This document shows, in pieces, positions 38,875 to 55,166 of a stretch of DNA of 64,000 nt. The DNA comes from Thalassobaculum sp. (GTDB lineage Bacteria > Pseudomonadota > Alphaproteobacteria > Thalassobaculales > Thalassobaculaceae): assembly GCF_965223715.1 (NCBI RefSeq), contig NZ_OZ245012.1, positions 97,369 to 161,368 on the forward strand, written 5' to 3'. The notes under the pieces were generated by a model that ran no database searches, was not told the origin of the DNA, and was given only the letters and a program-made list of their open reading frames with translations. A program made the position numbers and the translations under genes. Numbering within the stretch: position 1 is the stretch's first letter; every line of letters begins with the position of its first letter.

Positions 38875-39948
38875 CTACCAGCTCGGCTGCAGCCGGATCG
38901 AGGCCGGCAGCTCGTGCTCGCGCACCGGATGCAGGTACAGCCGCAGCAGGGTCGCCCCGGCCGCCGCCGTCAGGCCGATCCGGCGCAGGCCGCCCATCAG
39001 TCCGCCCTCCGCCTTTGCCTTGGCGATGCCGTCGGCGATCCGCCGCAGCCGTTCCAGCCCCTCGCGGAAGGCCGGTGCGTCGGTGTCCAGCGTGAAGGGG
39101 AAGACCTGCTTGGAGATCTCCGAGGTGACCCGGAAGACCTGCAGGTCGTACTCCGTCGGATCCAGGCCGAGGGCGGCGTGGAAATGCGGCCGGCTGTGGT
39201 CACGCACATACATCGTCGCGTAGACCGCCAGCAGGAAGAACCGGATCCACAGCCGGTTGCGGCCGGTGAGCAGGTGCGGGTTGGCCCGCATCAGCAGGGC
39301 GAAGGCCTCGCCGTGGCGGAACTCGTCGTTGCACCACTCCTTGAACCACTTGAAGATCGGATGGATCCGCATCTCCGGATGGCGCTCGAGCTGGCGGTAG
39401 ATGGTGATGTAGCGGGCGTAGCCGATCTTCTCCGACAGATAGACCGCGTAGAAGATGAACTTCGGGCTGAAGTATTTGTACTTCTTGGTCTTTGTCAGGA
39501 AGCCCAGGTTCACCCCGATGCCGAAATCCTTCAGCGTGTCGTTGATGAACCCGGCGTGGCGGGACTCGTCGCGGGCCATGAAGCGGAACAGCCGCTTGAT
39601 CTCGGGATTGTCGACCCGCTTCTTGGTCTCGGCATAGAGCACGCAGCCGGAGAACTCGGACGTCACCGAACTGACGAAGAAGTCGACCAGCTCGCGCTGA
39701 AGTTCAGGCGAGTAGCCGTCGAAATCGACATCCTCCCATTCGGCGGTCCGCTTGAAGTGGCCGCGGTTGGCGTCCGCCTCGAACTCCTTCATCAGCTTGT
39801 CCCAGTCCGCGCGGACCGGCTCCACGTCGATGCGGTCCAGGGCGTCGAAATCCGTGGTGTAGAAGTGCGGGCTCAGCACGGTGTCCTCGCGGGCCATGCC
39901 GGTGGTGTCGTATCGCGCGTCCAGCGCGTCGGCGACGGCGGCGTTCAT
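38875..39948 (-). CDS. acsF: Aerobic Mg-protoporphyrin IX monomethyl ester oxidative cyclase AcsF
   Basis: Start at ATG 39948 ([37 protein letters not shown]). Di-iron ExxH motifs ([20 protein letters not shown]). Confidence 0.93.
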   Translation of the reverse strand: MNAAVADALDARYDTTGMAREDTVLSPHFYTTDFDALDRIDVEPVRADWDKLMKEFEADANRGHFKRTAEWEDVDFDGYSPELQRELVDFFVSSVTSEFSGCVLYAETKKRVDNPEIKRLFRFMARDESRHAGFINDTLKDFGIGVNLGFLTKTKKYKYFSPKFIFYAVYLSEKIGYARYITIYRQLERHPEMRIHPIFKWFKEWCNDEFRHGEAFALLMRANPHLLTGRNRLWIRFFLLAVYATMYVRDHSRPHFHAALGLDPTEYDLQVFRVTSEISKQVFPFTLDTDAPAFREGLERLRRIADGIAKAKAEGGLMGGLRRIGLTAAAGATLLRLYLHPVREHELPASIRLQPSW

Positions 39949-40250
39949 AGGTCCCTCCGATCGGTGAAGCTGAGGTCGTAGAGTTCGGTGAACTCCAGAT
40001 GGGCGGCGAGGCGGGTCCACTGCTGCTGCAGCCAGCTCGCGCGGGTCACGGTCGCCCGTCGGGTAATCTGGCGCTTCTCGCCATAGGGCACGGTGATCGG
40101 CTCGCCATGGACGAGGACCTGATCACCCGGCTGGAGGGTCTCGTCTCCCTCGAACTCGACATGGGCGTGGAAGCTCTCGATGGAGCATTCCAGGTCTATG
40201 GTGCAGTCGACGTCGAAGACCTGTCTGTCGACCAGGAACATCCCGATCAT
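39945..40250 (-). CDS. bciE: Conserved small PGC protein immediately upstream of acsF (BciE-like cyclase accessory candidate)
   Basis: 101 aa, ATGA overlaps with both puhC and acsF. It occupies the hyp slot of the conserved puhABC-hyp-acsF-puhE block. BciE assignment rests on synteny only. Confidence 0.55.
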   Translation of the reverse strand: MIGMFLVDRQVFDVDCTIDLECSIESFHAHVEFEGDETLQPGDQVLVHGEPITVPYGEKRQITRRATVTRASWLQQQWTRLAAHLEFTELYDLSFTDRRDL

Positions 40251-40765
40251 GGGCGTGCCTCCTTCGGTTGGGCGGCCTGTTCTGCCGGGCCGGGCAGGAA
40301 GGCGGCGAACTCGTGGACGTTCGCGAATCCGTAGGCCGCTAGGTGCAAGGTGCTGCCGGTCGCCGGGTCGCTCAGCGAATAGCGGCCGTCGGACCAGCGG
40401 GTGAGGGTGAACGGCACCTCGGCGCCCACCCCATGGACGAAGCGGTCCCGGGACAGGCCGCGCAGCATGCCGCGCACGAAGCCGTGGGTTCCGGGAGAAA
40501 GGTCGGCGACCACCGCCCCGGTGGTGCCGTCGAGCACGGCGATGCCCCGGTCGGCGCGGTCGCGGAAGATCAGCGCCCGGCTCTCGACCTTATCGGCCGC
40601 GGGCGGGGCGACGGCGATGTCGCCGTGCAGCCGGGCGGTGCCGGCAAGCGCGATCGAGACGGCGAGCAGGAGCCCGGCGGCGATCAGCGCGGCCTTGGGT
40701 ACATCCTTGTGCGGCACGCCGCCCTGGGGGACGACGGTGTCGATCTGTTGCGTGTTGGTTGTCAT
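40247..40765 (-). CDS. puhC: Reaction centre assembly protein PuhC
   Basis: Start at ATG 40765 (GGGAGGA SD). One N-terminal TM helix (ALIAAGLLLAVSIALAG) followed by a soluble domain. 172 aa. Position after puhB. Confidence 0.8.
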   Translation of the reverse strand: MTTNTQQIDTVVPQGGVPHKDVPKAALIAAGLLLAVSIALAGTARLHGDIAVAPPAADKVESRALIFRDRADRGIAVLDGTTGAVVADLSPGTHGFVRGMLRGLSRDRFVHGVGAEVPFTLTRWSDGRYSLSDPATGSTLHLAAYGFANVHEFAAFLPGPAEQAAQPKEARP

Positions 40766-40784
40766 CGTCGTCCTCCCTTTTTTC

Positions 40785-41444
40785 TCAACCCGCAACCGCC
40801 GCGGCGGCGATCGGGGCGGTCGTGACGCGGGCCGGCGTGGTGGCGGTCTGGCGGGCCAGCATCCGTCCGATGGTCTCGGCGACCGCCTCTGCCTGGTGTA
40901 CGGCCCGCAGGGCGGCCTGGGGCCGGCTGAAGCACCAGGGCCGGGCATGGGGCCAGAGGACCGAATAGGACAGGCGCTGTTTCGGCAGGACGCCGATCAG
41001 GATGTCGCCGCTGCCATCGGCACGGCGTCGCAGGTCCAGGGTCTCCACCAGGTCGACCGGGATGGTCACCGTCATCGGCAGGGCGACGCCGATGCGCAGC
41101 ACCAGACGCTTCGTGGTCACGGTGTAGCGGGTGCTGCGGGCGACCAGCTTGGCGTAGATCGCGAGGAAACCCAGCACCGGCAGCGCCAGACACAGGGTCC
41201 AGGCGGCGGAGACCAGCCCCGCCCCCACTCCCTGTCCCGCCGCCAGGTCGGCGGCGAAGCGGGCGACCATGATCACCGCGAAATACAGGGCGATGGTGCG
41301 GATCTTCATCACCGACAGGGCGAAGCGCCGCCAGTCCGGTGCCCCCTGCCAGACGATCCGCTCGTCCCCGGCCAGGGCGGCCGGGGCCTCGCTTACCGGG
41401 CGGGAGTCGTCGAACTCGCCGAAGATCACCGCCGTGCCGCTCAT
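40785..41444 (-). CDS. puhB: Reaction centre assembly protein PuhB (PH-domain membrane protein)
   Basis: Start at ATG 41444 (ATGA overlap with the puhA stop). 219 aa, IVWQGAPDWRRFA..., two or three TM helices. Confidence 0.8.
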   Translation of the reverse strand: MSGTAVIFGEFDDSRPVSEAPAALAGDERIVWQGAPDWRRFALSVMKIRTIALYFAVIMVARFAADLAAGQGVGAGLVSAAWTLCLALPVLGFLAIYAKLVARSTRYTVTTKRLVLRIGVALPMTVTIPVDLVETLDLRRRADGSGDILIGVLPKQRLSYSVLWPHARPWCFSRPQAALRAVHQAEAVAETIGRMLARQTATTPARVTTAPIAAAAVAG

Positions 41445-42211
41445 AGCAGGGGCTCCTGCCGGCGGGCGTCGGCATAGAGCAGGCCGGCGCCGAAATAGGC
41501 CATGATCCGCTCTTCCTCCAGCCGGGTGATGCGGTCGGGACCGGCGATGCCCGGCACGGCCGCGAAGTGGGTGGACAGGATCGACGGCACGCCGACTTTG
41601 CCGCGGCCGACCTCGGCGAAGCCGGCCGGAACCAGGACCTGGGTGGCCCCTTCGCCGGTGCCGAGCCGAACCTCCAGGAAGCGGATCAGCACCTCGGCGG
41701 TGTCGACCCACAGGTCAGTGACCGTGCCGGCCACCTTGCCGTCACCGGCCACCACCGGCATGCCGCGCGGGTCGGGATCGCCCTCGACCACGCCGAAATC
41801 GTCGACCGAGCGCATCGGCACGATCCGGGGCGCGCCCTCGGCGGTGGTGTCGGGGATGTTCTTGCGCTCGGCCCAGGCGCCGGGACCGACACCGGCCAGC
41901 ATCGCGTCGCCGACCGGGCGCAGCGGGGCGCCTGGGAAGCGGGCGACCGGCTCGGCATTTAGGGTGCGGGCGTCGCGCAGGTTGTTCGGCGCTTCGGCAT
42001 AGCCGCCTTCCGGCAGGGCGAAGCGCTTGACCGGGGCCATGGTCAGGGCACCGACCGGCCAGGCCTTGCCGGTGACCGCGTCCTCAAGTGGATAGCCTTC
42101 GCGGCGATCCTCGCGGCGGAGGTAGTAGATCAACCCCGCGAAGAAGATCCAGAAGGCGTAGAGGACGATCTGCGCCACATCGATATTGCCAATCACAGAG
42201 CCGATTTCCAT
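41441..42211 (-). CDS. puhA: Reaction centre H subunit
   Basis: 256 aa. IDVAQIVLYAFWIFFAGLIYYLRREDRREGYPLE. Confidence 0.95.
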   Translation of the reverse strand: MEIGSVIGNIDVAQIVLYAFWIFFAGLIYYLRREDRREGYPLEDAVTGKAWPVGALTMAPVKRFALPEGGYAEAPNNLRDARTLNAEPVARFPGAPLRPVGDAMLAGVGPGAWAERKNIPDTTAEGAPRIVPMRSVDDFGVVEGDPDPRGMPVVAGDGKVAGTVTDLWVDTAEVLIRFLEVRLGTGEGATQVLVPAGFAEVGRGKVGVPSILSTHFAAVPGIAGPDRITRLEEERIMAYFGAGLLYADARRQEPLL

Positions 42212-42226
42212 GGCTTCCTCCCTCCC

Positions 42227-43663
42227 TTATCCGGGAAACTCCGCGAGCCCGAACTTCTGCCCCGCCGGGTCCGACCGTCCGCCGGCATAGCGGACGAGGG
42301 GCCCGACGACGGCGAGCGTCGCGAACAACAGAACGATTTCCAGGTGATAGACCGCGCCGTATCCGGTGGCGGGGTGGTTCAGTGCACTGCCCAGCATGTC
42401 GCGGGCGGCAAGCTGCGAGACCAGGTCGCGCATCGCGCCGCCGATCATGATTCCGCCGCCCGCCGCGGTCGCCTGCACGGCCCCCCAGGCGCCCAGCGCC
42501 AGGCCGCCGCCGCCGGCTTCCGCCAGGGACATGGCGGCGACCAGGGTGCCGATGGCGAACATGCCGCCGCCGAGCCCGATCAGAACGGTGCCGCCCTGGA
42601 ACAGGCCGGCCGACTGCAGGGGCGAGGCGAAGACCAGGGCGGAAAAGGCGAAGACGCCGATCACGCAGCCGAAGGCGGCCAGCTTGCAGGGATCGCCGCC
42701 CTGGTTCAGGTCGCGCGCGGCGATGGCGAAGCCGGTCAGCGTGCCGGCCGCGAACAGGGCGGTCAGGCGGGTGGTTTCGCCCACCGACATGGCCAGGATT
42801 TCGCCGCCATAGGGCTCCAGCAGGATGTCCTGCATGCTGAAGGCGGCGGTGCCGAGGAACACGGTGAGCAGCAGCCGTCCGGCCCGTCCGCCGGCCGTGA
42901 AATCGGCCCAGGACTCAGCAAAGCTCGGCCGCACGCGGTCGGGCCGGGTGCGCGACGGATCCCGCGCCTCCTGCTTCCACAGGGCGACCAGGTTCAGCAC
43001 GATGGTGGCGACGGCGGTGCCCTGGATGACCTTGATCAGTTTGATCTGGCTGAACTCCTGGAGCAGCCCGCCGACCACCAGGGCCGACACCCCCATGCCG
43101 ACCAGCAGCATGACGTAGAGCATGGCCACCACCCGCGGGCGGTTCTCCTCGCTGGCGAGGTCGGTGGCCAGCGCCAGGCCGGCCGTCTGGGTGGTGTGCA
43201 GGCCGATCCCGACCAGCAGGAAGGCGAGCGCCGAGGCGACATAGCCGACCCAGTGCGGGCCGGTGGTGATGTCGCCCGACAGAACGATCAGCGCGAAGGG
43301 CATGATCGCCAGCCCGCCGAACTGCAGCAGGGAGCCCATCCACAGGAACGGGACCCGGCGCCAGCCGAGCAGGGAGCGGTAGGTGTCGCTGCGGTGGCCG
43401 ACCAGCACGCGGAACGGCGCGAAGAGAAGCGGCAGCGAGACCATCAGTGCCACCAGCCAGGTCGGCACGCCGAGCTCGACGATCATCACCCGGTTGAGGG
43501 TGCCGTTCAGCAGCACGATCGCCATGCCGACCGACACCTGGAACAGGGACAGGCGCAGCAGGCGGCCGAGGGGCAGATCCGGCGTCGCGGCGTCGGCGAA
43601 GGGCAGGAAGCGGGGTGCCACTTCCATCCACAGGGCCGACAGCTTGCGACGCTTCTCGGTCAT
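42227..43663 (-). CDS. lhaA: LH1 assembly protein LhaA (PucC/BCD-family MFS)
   Basis: Start at ATG 43663 (ATGA overlap with the bchM stop). LFQVSVGMAIVLLNGTLNRVMIVELG signature. 478 aa. Confidence 0.88.
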   Translation of the reverse strand: MTEKRRKLSALWMEVAPRFLPFADAATPDLPLGRLLRLSLFQVSVGMAIVLLNGTLNRVMIVELGVPTWLVALMVSLPLLFAPFRVLVGHRSDTYRSLLGWRRVPFLWMGSLLQFGGLAIMPFALIVLSGDITTGPHWVGYVASALAFLLVGIGLHTTQTAGLALATDLASEENRPRVVAMLYVMLLVGMGVSALVVGGLLQEFSQIKLIKVIQGTAVATIVLNLVALWKQEARDPSRTRPDRVRPSFAESWADFTAGGRAGRLLLTVFLGTAAFSMQDILLEPYGGEILAMSVGETTRLTALFAAGTLTGFAIAARDLNQGGDPCKLAAFGCVIGVFAFSALVFASPLQSAGLFQGGTVLIGLGGGMFAIGTLVAAMSLAEAGGGGLALGAWGAVQATAAGGGIMIGGAMRDLVSQLAARDMLGSALNHPATGYGAVYHLEIVLLFATLAVVGPLVRYAGGRSDPAGQKFGLAEFPG

Positions 43664-44360
43664 GATCGCGACAGCTCCATCGCCTGGGAGATATAGAAGC
43701 CGCTGTCGATCCGCTCGCTGCGCTGCGGGTGCAGGCCGGACACCCAGCCTTCCCGTTCCAGCGCGCCGCGCAGGTGGGTGTGGGAGGTCGGCTGGATCGA
43801 GGGCGCCCGGTCGCCGCGCGGGAACAGCCGGCCGGCGGTGTGCATGACCGTCAGCAGGGCGGTGCGCGGCGCGAAGGTGAAGAGGATCGACCGGGAGGTG
43901 CGCGGCGCCAGACGGCAGAGGGCCTGCACGGCGTCCTCGCTGCGGTAGTGGATCAGGCTGTCCATCGCCACCACGTGATCGAACTGGCCGAGGCCGGGGT
44001 CGAGCATGTCGCCGACCAGGAAGTCGATCCGGCCGCCGCCCAGGTCCACCGGCGTGCGTTCCTTGGCCAGGTTGATCAGGGTCGGCGAGACATCGACCGC
44101 CACCACATGGGCGCCGCGGCGCGCCGCCTCGACCGCCAGGGAACCCGTGCCGCAGCCGGCATCGAGGACTCGCCGGCCCGCGAGATCCTCCGGGAGCCAT
44201 TCCAGCAGGAGGCGGCGCATCCGGTCCCGTCCGGCGCGTACCGTGGCCCGGATGCCGCTGACCGGCGCATCGGAGGTCAGCCGCGCCCAGGCGTCGACGG
44301 CGGTCCGGTCGAAATAGGCTTCCACCTGCTGACGGCGGTTGGTGTAGGTCGCGCTCAGCA

Positions 44361-44361
<1 letters not shown>
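43660..44361 (-). CDS. bchM: Mg-protoporphyrin IX O-methyltransferase BchM
   Basis: 233 aa tail of track ORF 43660-45396. VLDAGCGTGSLAVEAARRG SAM motif. Its start shares one nt with the bchL stop (TGATG). Confidence 0.92.
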
Positions 44362-48989
<4,628 letters not shown>

Positions 48990-49015
<26 letters not shown>

Positions 49016-50567
49016 CGTACAGGGTCTCGATGGTGATGGTGTGCAGCCCGCGCTCGCGGGCGAAGGTCTCGGTGTTGCGCCGCGCCTTGCCGCGCACGAA
49101 GAACGGCACCTTGCGCAACTCCCGGTCGGCGTCGGTGCTCCAGTTCGGGCCGTCGGCACCGTCGGCGATGGCGGCGACAGATGCGGGCTCCGGTTCCGGT
49201 TCTTCGGCCCGGGGCGTGGCGGCGGCGCCGTGATGGGAGGCGCCGGCGTCGTCGTGGAACTCGAAATCGCCGCGGAACATGCCGAGCAGGTGTTCCTCCA
49301 GGCCCATCATCAGCGGATGCACCCAGGTGTCCCAGAGCACGTTCGCGCCCTCGAACCCCATCTGCGGCGAGCGGCGGGCGGGGAAGTCCTGCACATGCAC
49401 CGGAGCGGAGATGACGGCGCAGCCGATGCCGAGCCGCTTGGCGATGTGCCGTTCCATCTGGGTCCCCAGGACCAGCTCCGGCCGCAGCTCGGCGATCCGG
49501 TCCTCCACCTCCAGATAGTCGTCGGTGATCAGCGCCTCGGTGCCCAGCTCCTCGGCCACCGCACGGACGTCGCGGGCGAAGCCGCGGTCGTAGGTGCCGA
49601 CACCGACCACCTCGAACCCGAACTCGTGGGCGGCGACCCGGGCGGCGGCCACCGCATGGGTGGCGTCGGCGAAGATGAAGACCCGCTTGCCGGTCAGGTA
49701 GGTGCTGTCGATCGAGCGCGAGTACCAGGGCAGGCGCGACTGCTCGCGCGCCAGCTCCGCCGTCGGATCGATCCCGGCGAGTTCGGCGACCTCGCGGATG
49801 AAGGCGCGGGTGGCGCCGATGCCGATCGGCACGGTCTTGGTGCGGGGCTGTCCGAAGGTCTTCTCCAGCCAGCGCGCGGTCGCCTCCCCGGTCTCCGGAT
49901 ACAGCACGACGTTGAAATCGGCCTCGCCCAGCCGGGCCAGGTCGGCCGGTGTGGCCCCCTGGGGGGCTATGACCCGGACCTCGACGCCCAGCCGCTCCAG
50001 AAGTCGGGTGATCTCGTCCACGTCGTCGCGGTGGCGGAAGCCGAGCGCGGTCGGGCCGAGGATGTTGCAGGACGGGCGGGCATGGGGATCGCGCGGCGCG
50101 CGGACGGCGCCCGGCTCCGGCGCGTTGACGCCGGCGAAGGCGCGGACGAGCTGGTACAGGGTCTCCGACGCGCCCCAGTTCTCCTTGCGCTGATAGGACG
50201 GCAGCTCCAGCGGCACCACCGGTACCGGCAGACCGAGCGTGCGGCCGAGACCGCCCGGATCGTCCTGGATCAGCTCCGCCGTGCAGGAGGCGCCGACCAT
50301 GATGGCCTGCGGCGTGAAGCGGTCATAGGCGTCGCCCAGGGTGCGCTTGAACAGCTCGGCGGTGTCGGTGCCGAGGTCGCGGGCCTGGAAGGTGGTGTAG
50401 GTGACCGGCGGGCGCGTCGGCAGCCGCTCGATCATCGTGAACAGCAGGTCGGCATAGGTGTCGCCCTGGGGGGCGTGCAGGACGTAGTGGATGTCGCGCA
50501 TGGCGGTCGCGACCCGCATGGCGCCGACATGCGGCGGTCCTTCATAGGTCCAGACCGCGAGCTTCAT
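48990..50567 (-). CDS. bchB: Light-independent protochlorophyllide reductase subunit BchB
   Basis: Start at ATG 50567 ([23 protein letters not shown]). 525 aa. Confidence 0.94.
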
Positions 50568-50569
50568 GG

Positions 50570-52483
<1,914 letters not shown>

Positions 52484-52677
52484 TCAATTGTTCTGTACAA
52501 TCGCGTCGGAATTTGACGTAATCTTCTCCGAGTACCCGCGGTTGCAGACAGAGAAGCGAGAGGTGAGAGGCGATCTGCAGGTTTGACCCGGTGTCCGACG
52601 ATTTGGACTTACAGCCATGTCAAACGGGTGTAGCGTTTAAAAAAAAGCTCGAAAAACACGACGGGGGGTTGCGTGCC

Positions 52678-53541
52678 ATGCCGGAAATTCGAGCGGCTGT
52701 AGATGGCCTCTACCGGGCGATAGACCACGCTCTGCTGACCGTTAACCGGGAGGCGCCCAGGCGGGACCCAAGGGCTCCCCCTTCGGCAAGCAGGCTGATG
52801 CGGACCATCGAAAGTGAAGTCATTCCGCGGCTTCTGCTGATCCACGGGGTCAGCCCCAGCGAGCCGCGTGCCCGATCCGGCGTCACGCCCGCCGACGTGG
52901 AACTCCTGGCATCCCACCTGCTCGACCGTTCCGATGATTTCGTCGACGGGTTCGTCGCCGAAATCGAGTCGCGCGGCATCGACCTGGAGACCCTGCTGCT
53001 GGATCTGCTGGCGCCGACGGCCAGGCTGCTCGGGGTGATGTGGGAGGAGGACCTGTGCGACTTCACCGACGTCACGATCGCCCTGTCCCGGCTCCAGCGG
53101 CTGCTGCGCAGCCTGACCGCGCAGTCCGACCTCTCGGAGGAATGGATCCCGACCGGGCCGTCCGTGCTGCTATCGGTCACGCCGGGCGAGCAGCATACGT
53201 TCGGGCTGTCGCTGGTGAGCGAGTTTTTCCGCCGCGCGGGGTGGTCGGTCTACGACGAGATCCCGGAGTCTGAGGAGGAGATCGTCCAGCGCGTGCGCGC
53301 GCAGGAGTTCGAAGTGGTCGGATTCTCGTTGAGCGGCGAAGTGTTGCGGGACCGATTGGCCTCAGTTATCAAGAGTGTACGAATGTTTTCGCGAAACCGG
53401 AAAGTTGGGGTCATTGTCGGAGGCGCGGTCTTTCAGGAACATCCGGACTGGGTAAACCTTGTTGGAGCGGACGCGTCGGCAAACGACGGCCTCGAGGCGG
53501 TCGTGCAATCGCAAAGCCTGTCGCGGCTGCTGAAGGGTTGA
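52678..53541 (+). CDS. ppaA: Cobalamin-binding antirepressor PpaA/AerR
   Basis: C-terminal B12-binding-like domain (VLLSVTPGEQHTFGL..VVGFSLSG..VGVIVGG). I prefer ATG 52678 over the track GTG 52591 because 52591-52677 is A-rich (run of A8, AAA Lys codons) and looks non-coding. Confidence 0.8.
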   Translation: MPEIRAAVDGLYRAIDHALLTVNREAPRRDPRAPPSASRLMRTIESEVIPRLLLIHGVSPSEPRARSGVTPADVELLASHLLDRSDDFVDGFVAEIESRGIDLETLLLDLLAPTARLLGVMWEEDLCDFTDVTIALSRLQRLLRSLTAQSDLSEEWIPTGPSVLLSVTPGEQHTFGLSLVSEFFRRAGWSVYDEIPESEEEIVQRVRAQEFEVVGFSLSGEVLRDRLASVIKSVRMFSRNRKVGVIVGGAVFQEHPDWVNLVGADASANDGLEAVVQSQSLSRLLKG

Positions 53542-53634
53542 TGTCGGCGACGAGGCTGGATGCCTCGGGATAACAGGCTTTAAGGGTTCAGGCCGCCGGC
53601 CCGCGGCTTGGCATAGAAAATAAGCGAGTCGCGA

Positions 53635-55077
53635 GTGGTCATTAACTTACCAACGCTAGCCGACGTGTTGAACCCTTTCAAATCGCCGCGAAAGTCGATT
53701 GGCGACCTTGATGCGGATATCGCCGCGATGGCGATCGGCATGGCGGCCGATATTGCGTTGATCGTCGACCAAGACGGGGTGATCTGCGACATCGCCTTCA
53801 GCAATTCGGATCTGGACGGCCGCACCTTCGATCAGTGGATCGGTCGGGCCTGGCGCGAGACGGTGACGGTGGAGAGCCGGGAGAAGGTGGCCGAGCTCCT
53901 GGCCGAGGCGTCGACAGGGGCTGCGACCCGCTGGCGCCAGGTCAACCATCCGTCCCCGACCGGCATCGACATGCCGGTCCGCTACACCGCCCTGCGCATG
54001 AATGACGAGCGCATCCTGGTCCTGGGCCGCGACCTCAGCGCCATGGCCGACCTGCAGCAGCGGCTGATCGATGCCCAGGCCACCATGGAGCGGGAATACG
54101 CCAAGCTCCGCCACGCCGAGACACGCTACCGGCTGCTGTTCCAGGTCGCTTCCGAGGCGGTGATTATCGTCCATGTGGCCAGCCGCAAGATCGTCGAGGT
54201 GAACCCCGCCGCCGCCCGCCTGCTGAACCAGGACGCCAAGAGCCTGGGCGGCCGCGCGCTGAAGGACGTGATCGCCGACGAGAGCCACGAGGAGATGAAC
54301 GGCCTCCTGGCCTCGGTCGGCGCGACCGGCCGTGCCGGGGAGACCGCCGTGAAGGTGGCCGGCCAGGACACGGCGCTCGACATGGGCGCGTCGATCTTCC
54401 GCCAAGGCAATGACGCCCATTTCCTGCTGCGCTTCGGCCGGCCGGATTCCATGGCGCCGGCGGAGACCGAGAATTCCGTGCGGGCCTCCATGCTGCGGGC
54501 GATCTCCGAGATCCCGGACGGGTTCGTGGTCACCGACCTGGACCAGCGCATCATGGCGGCGAACTCCGCCTTCCTCGATCTGGCGCAGCTCGCCACCGAG
54601 GAGCAGGCGATCGGCGAGCCGCTGAGCCGCTGGCTCGGCCGTTCGGTGGACGTCAACGTGATCTCCGCGAACCTGCGCAAGCAGGGTTCGGTGCGCCAGT
54701 TCGCCACCGTCATCAACGGCGAGTTCGGCGCCCGCGAGCCGATCGAGCTGTCCGCCGTTTCGGTCTCGGGCGCCGAGGATCCCTGTCTCGGCTTCGCCAT
54801 GCGCCCGGTGCGCCGGCGCATCGACGTGATCGGCGGCGAGCCGGCCGCCCTGCCGCGCGACGCCTCCCAGCTCACCGCCCTGGTCGGCCGGGTGACGCTG
54901 AAGGATCTGGTGCGCGAGACCACCGACGTCATCGAACGTCTGTGCATCGAGACGGCGCTGAAGCTGACCGGCGACAACCGGGCCTCGGCCGCCGAGATGC
55001 TGGGGATGAGCCGCCAGAGCCTGTACTCCAAGCTCCGGCGCTACGGCTTCTCCGACCTGGATTCCCCCGAAGACTGA
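53635..55077 (+). CDS. ppsR: Photosynthesis gene repressor PpsR/CrtJ
   Basis: 480 aa (GTG start). PAS repeats, LQQRLIDAQATMEREYAKLRHAETRYRLLF Q-linker. C-terminal Fis-type HTH ASAAEMLGMSRQSLYSKLRRYG. Confidence 0.92.
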   Translation: MVINLPTLADVLNPFKSPRKSIGDLDADIAAMAIGMAADIALIVDQDGVICDIAFSNSDLDGRTFDQWIGRAWRETVTVESREKVAELLAEASTGAATRWRQVNHPSPTGIDMPVRYTALRMNDERILVLGRDLSAMADLQQRLIDAQATMEREYAKLRHAETRYRLLFQVASEAVIIVHVASRKIVEVNPAAARLLNQDAKSLGGRALKDVIADESHEEMNGLLASVGATGRAGETAVKVAGQDTALDMGASIFRQGNDAHFLLRFGRPDSMAPAETENSVRASMLRAISEIPDGFVVTDLDQRIMAANSAFLDLAQLATEEQAIGEPLSRWLGRSVDVNVISANLRKQGSVRQFATVINGEFGAREPIELSAVSVSGAEDPCLGFAMRPVRRRIDVIGGEPAALPRDASQLTALVGRVTLKDLVRETTDVIERLCIETALKLTGDNRASAAEMLGMSRQSLYSKLRRYGFSDLDSPED

Positions 55078-55119
55078 TCTCTGCGACCGGACCGGCCGGA
55101 CTCATTTTCACGTCGATAG

Positions 55120-55163
55120 TGTAAAGTTAAATTGACATTGATGAGTGTCAATTTTACCGTTTC
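55120..55163. promoter_or_regulatory. PpsR-type operator upstream of bchG: one perfect and one degenerate palindrome 8 bp apart
   Basis: TGTAAAGTTAAATTGACA (55120-55137, embeds TTGACA) plus 8 bp plus TGTCAATTTTACCGTTTC (55146-55163, right half lost). Confidence 0.65.
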
Positions 55164-55166
55164 AAC

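Noticed and set aside
42227-44200. Long N-terminal extensions in the track ORFs for lhaA, bchM, bchH, bchB, bchN, puhB, puhC, acsF, idi, crtD, bchX, pufC, crtB and the aminotransferase.
   Set aside because: The extensions are Pro/Arg/Gly-rich read-through of the upstream gene in another frame. Internal ATGs with SD sequences, or ATGA coupling, reproduce the expected family N-termini.
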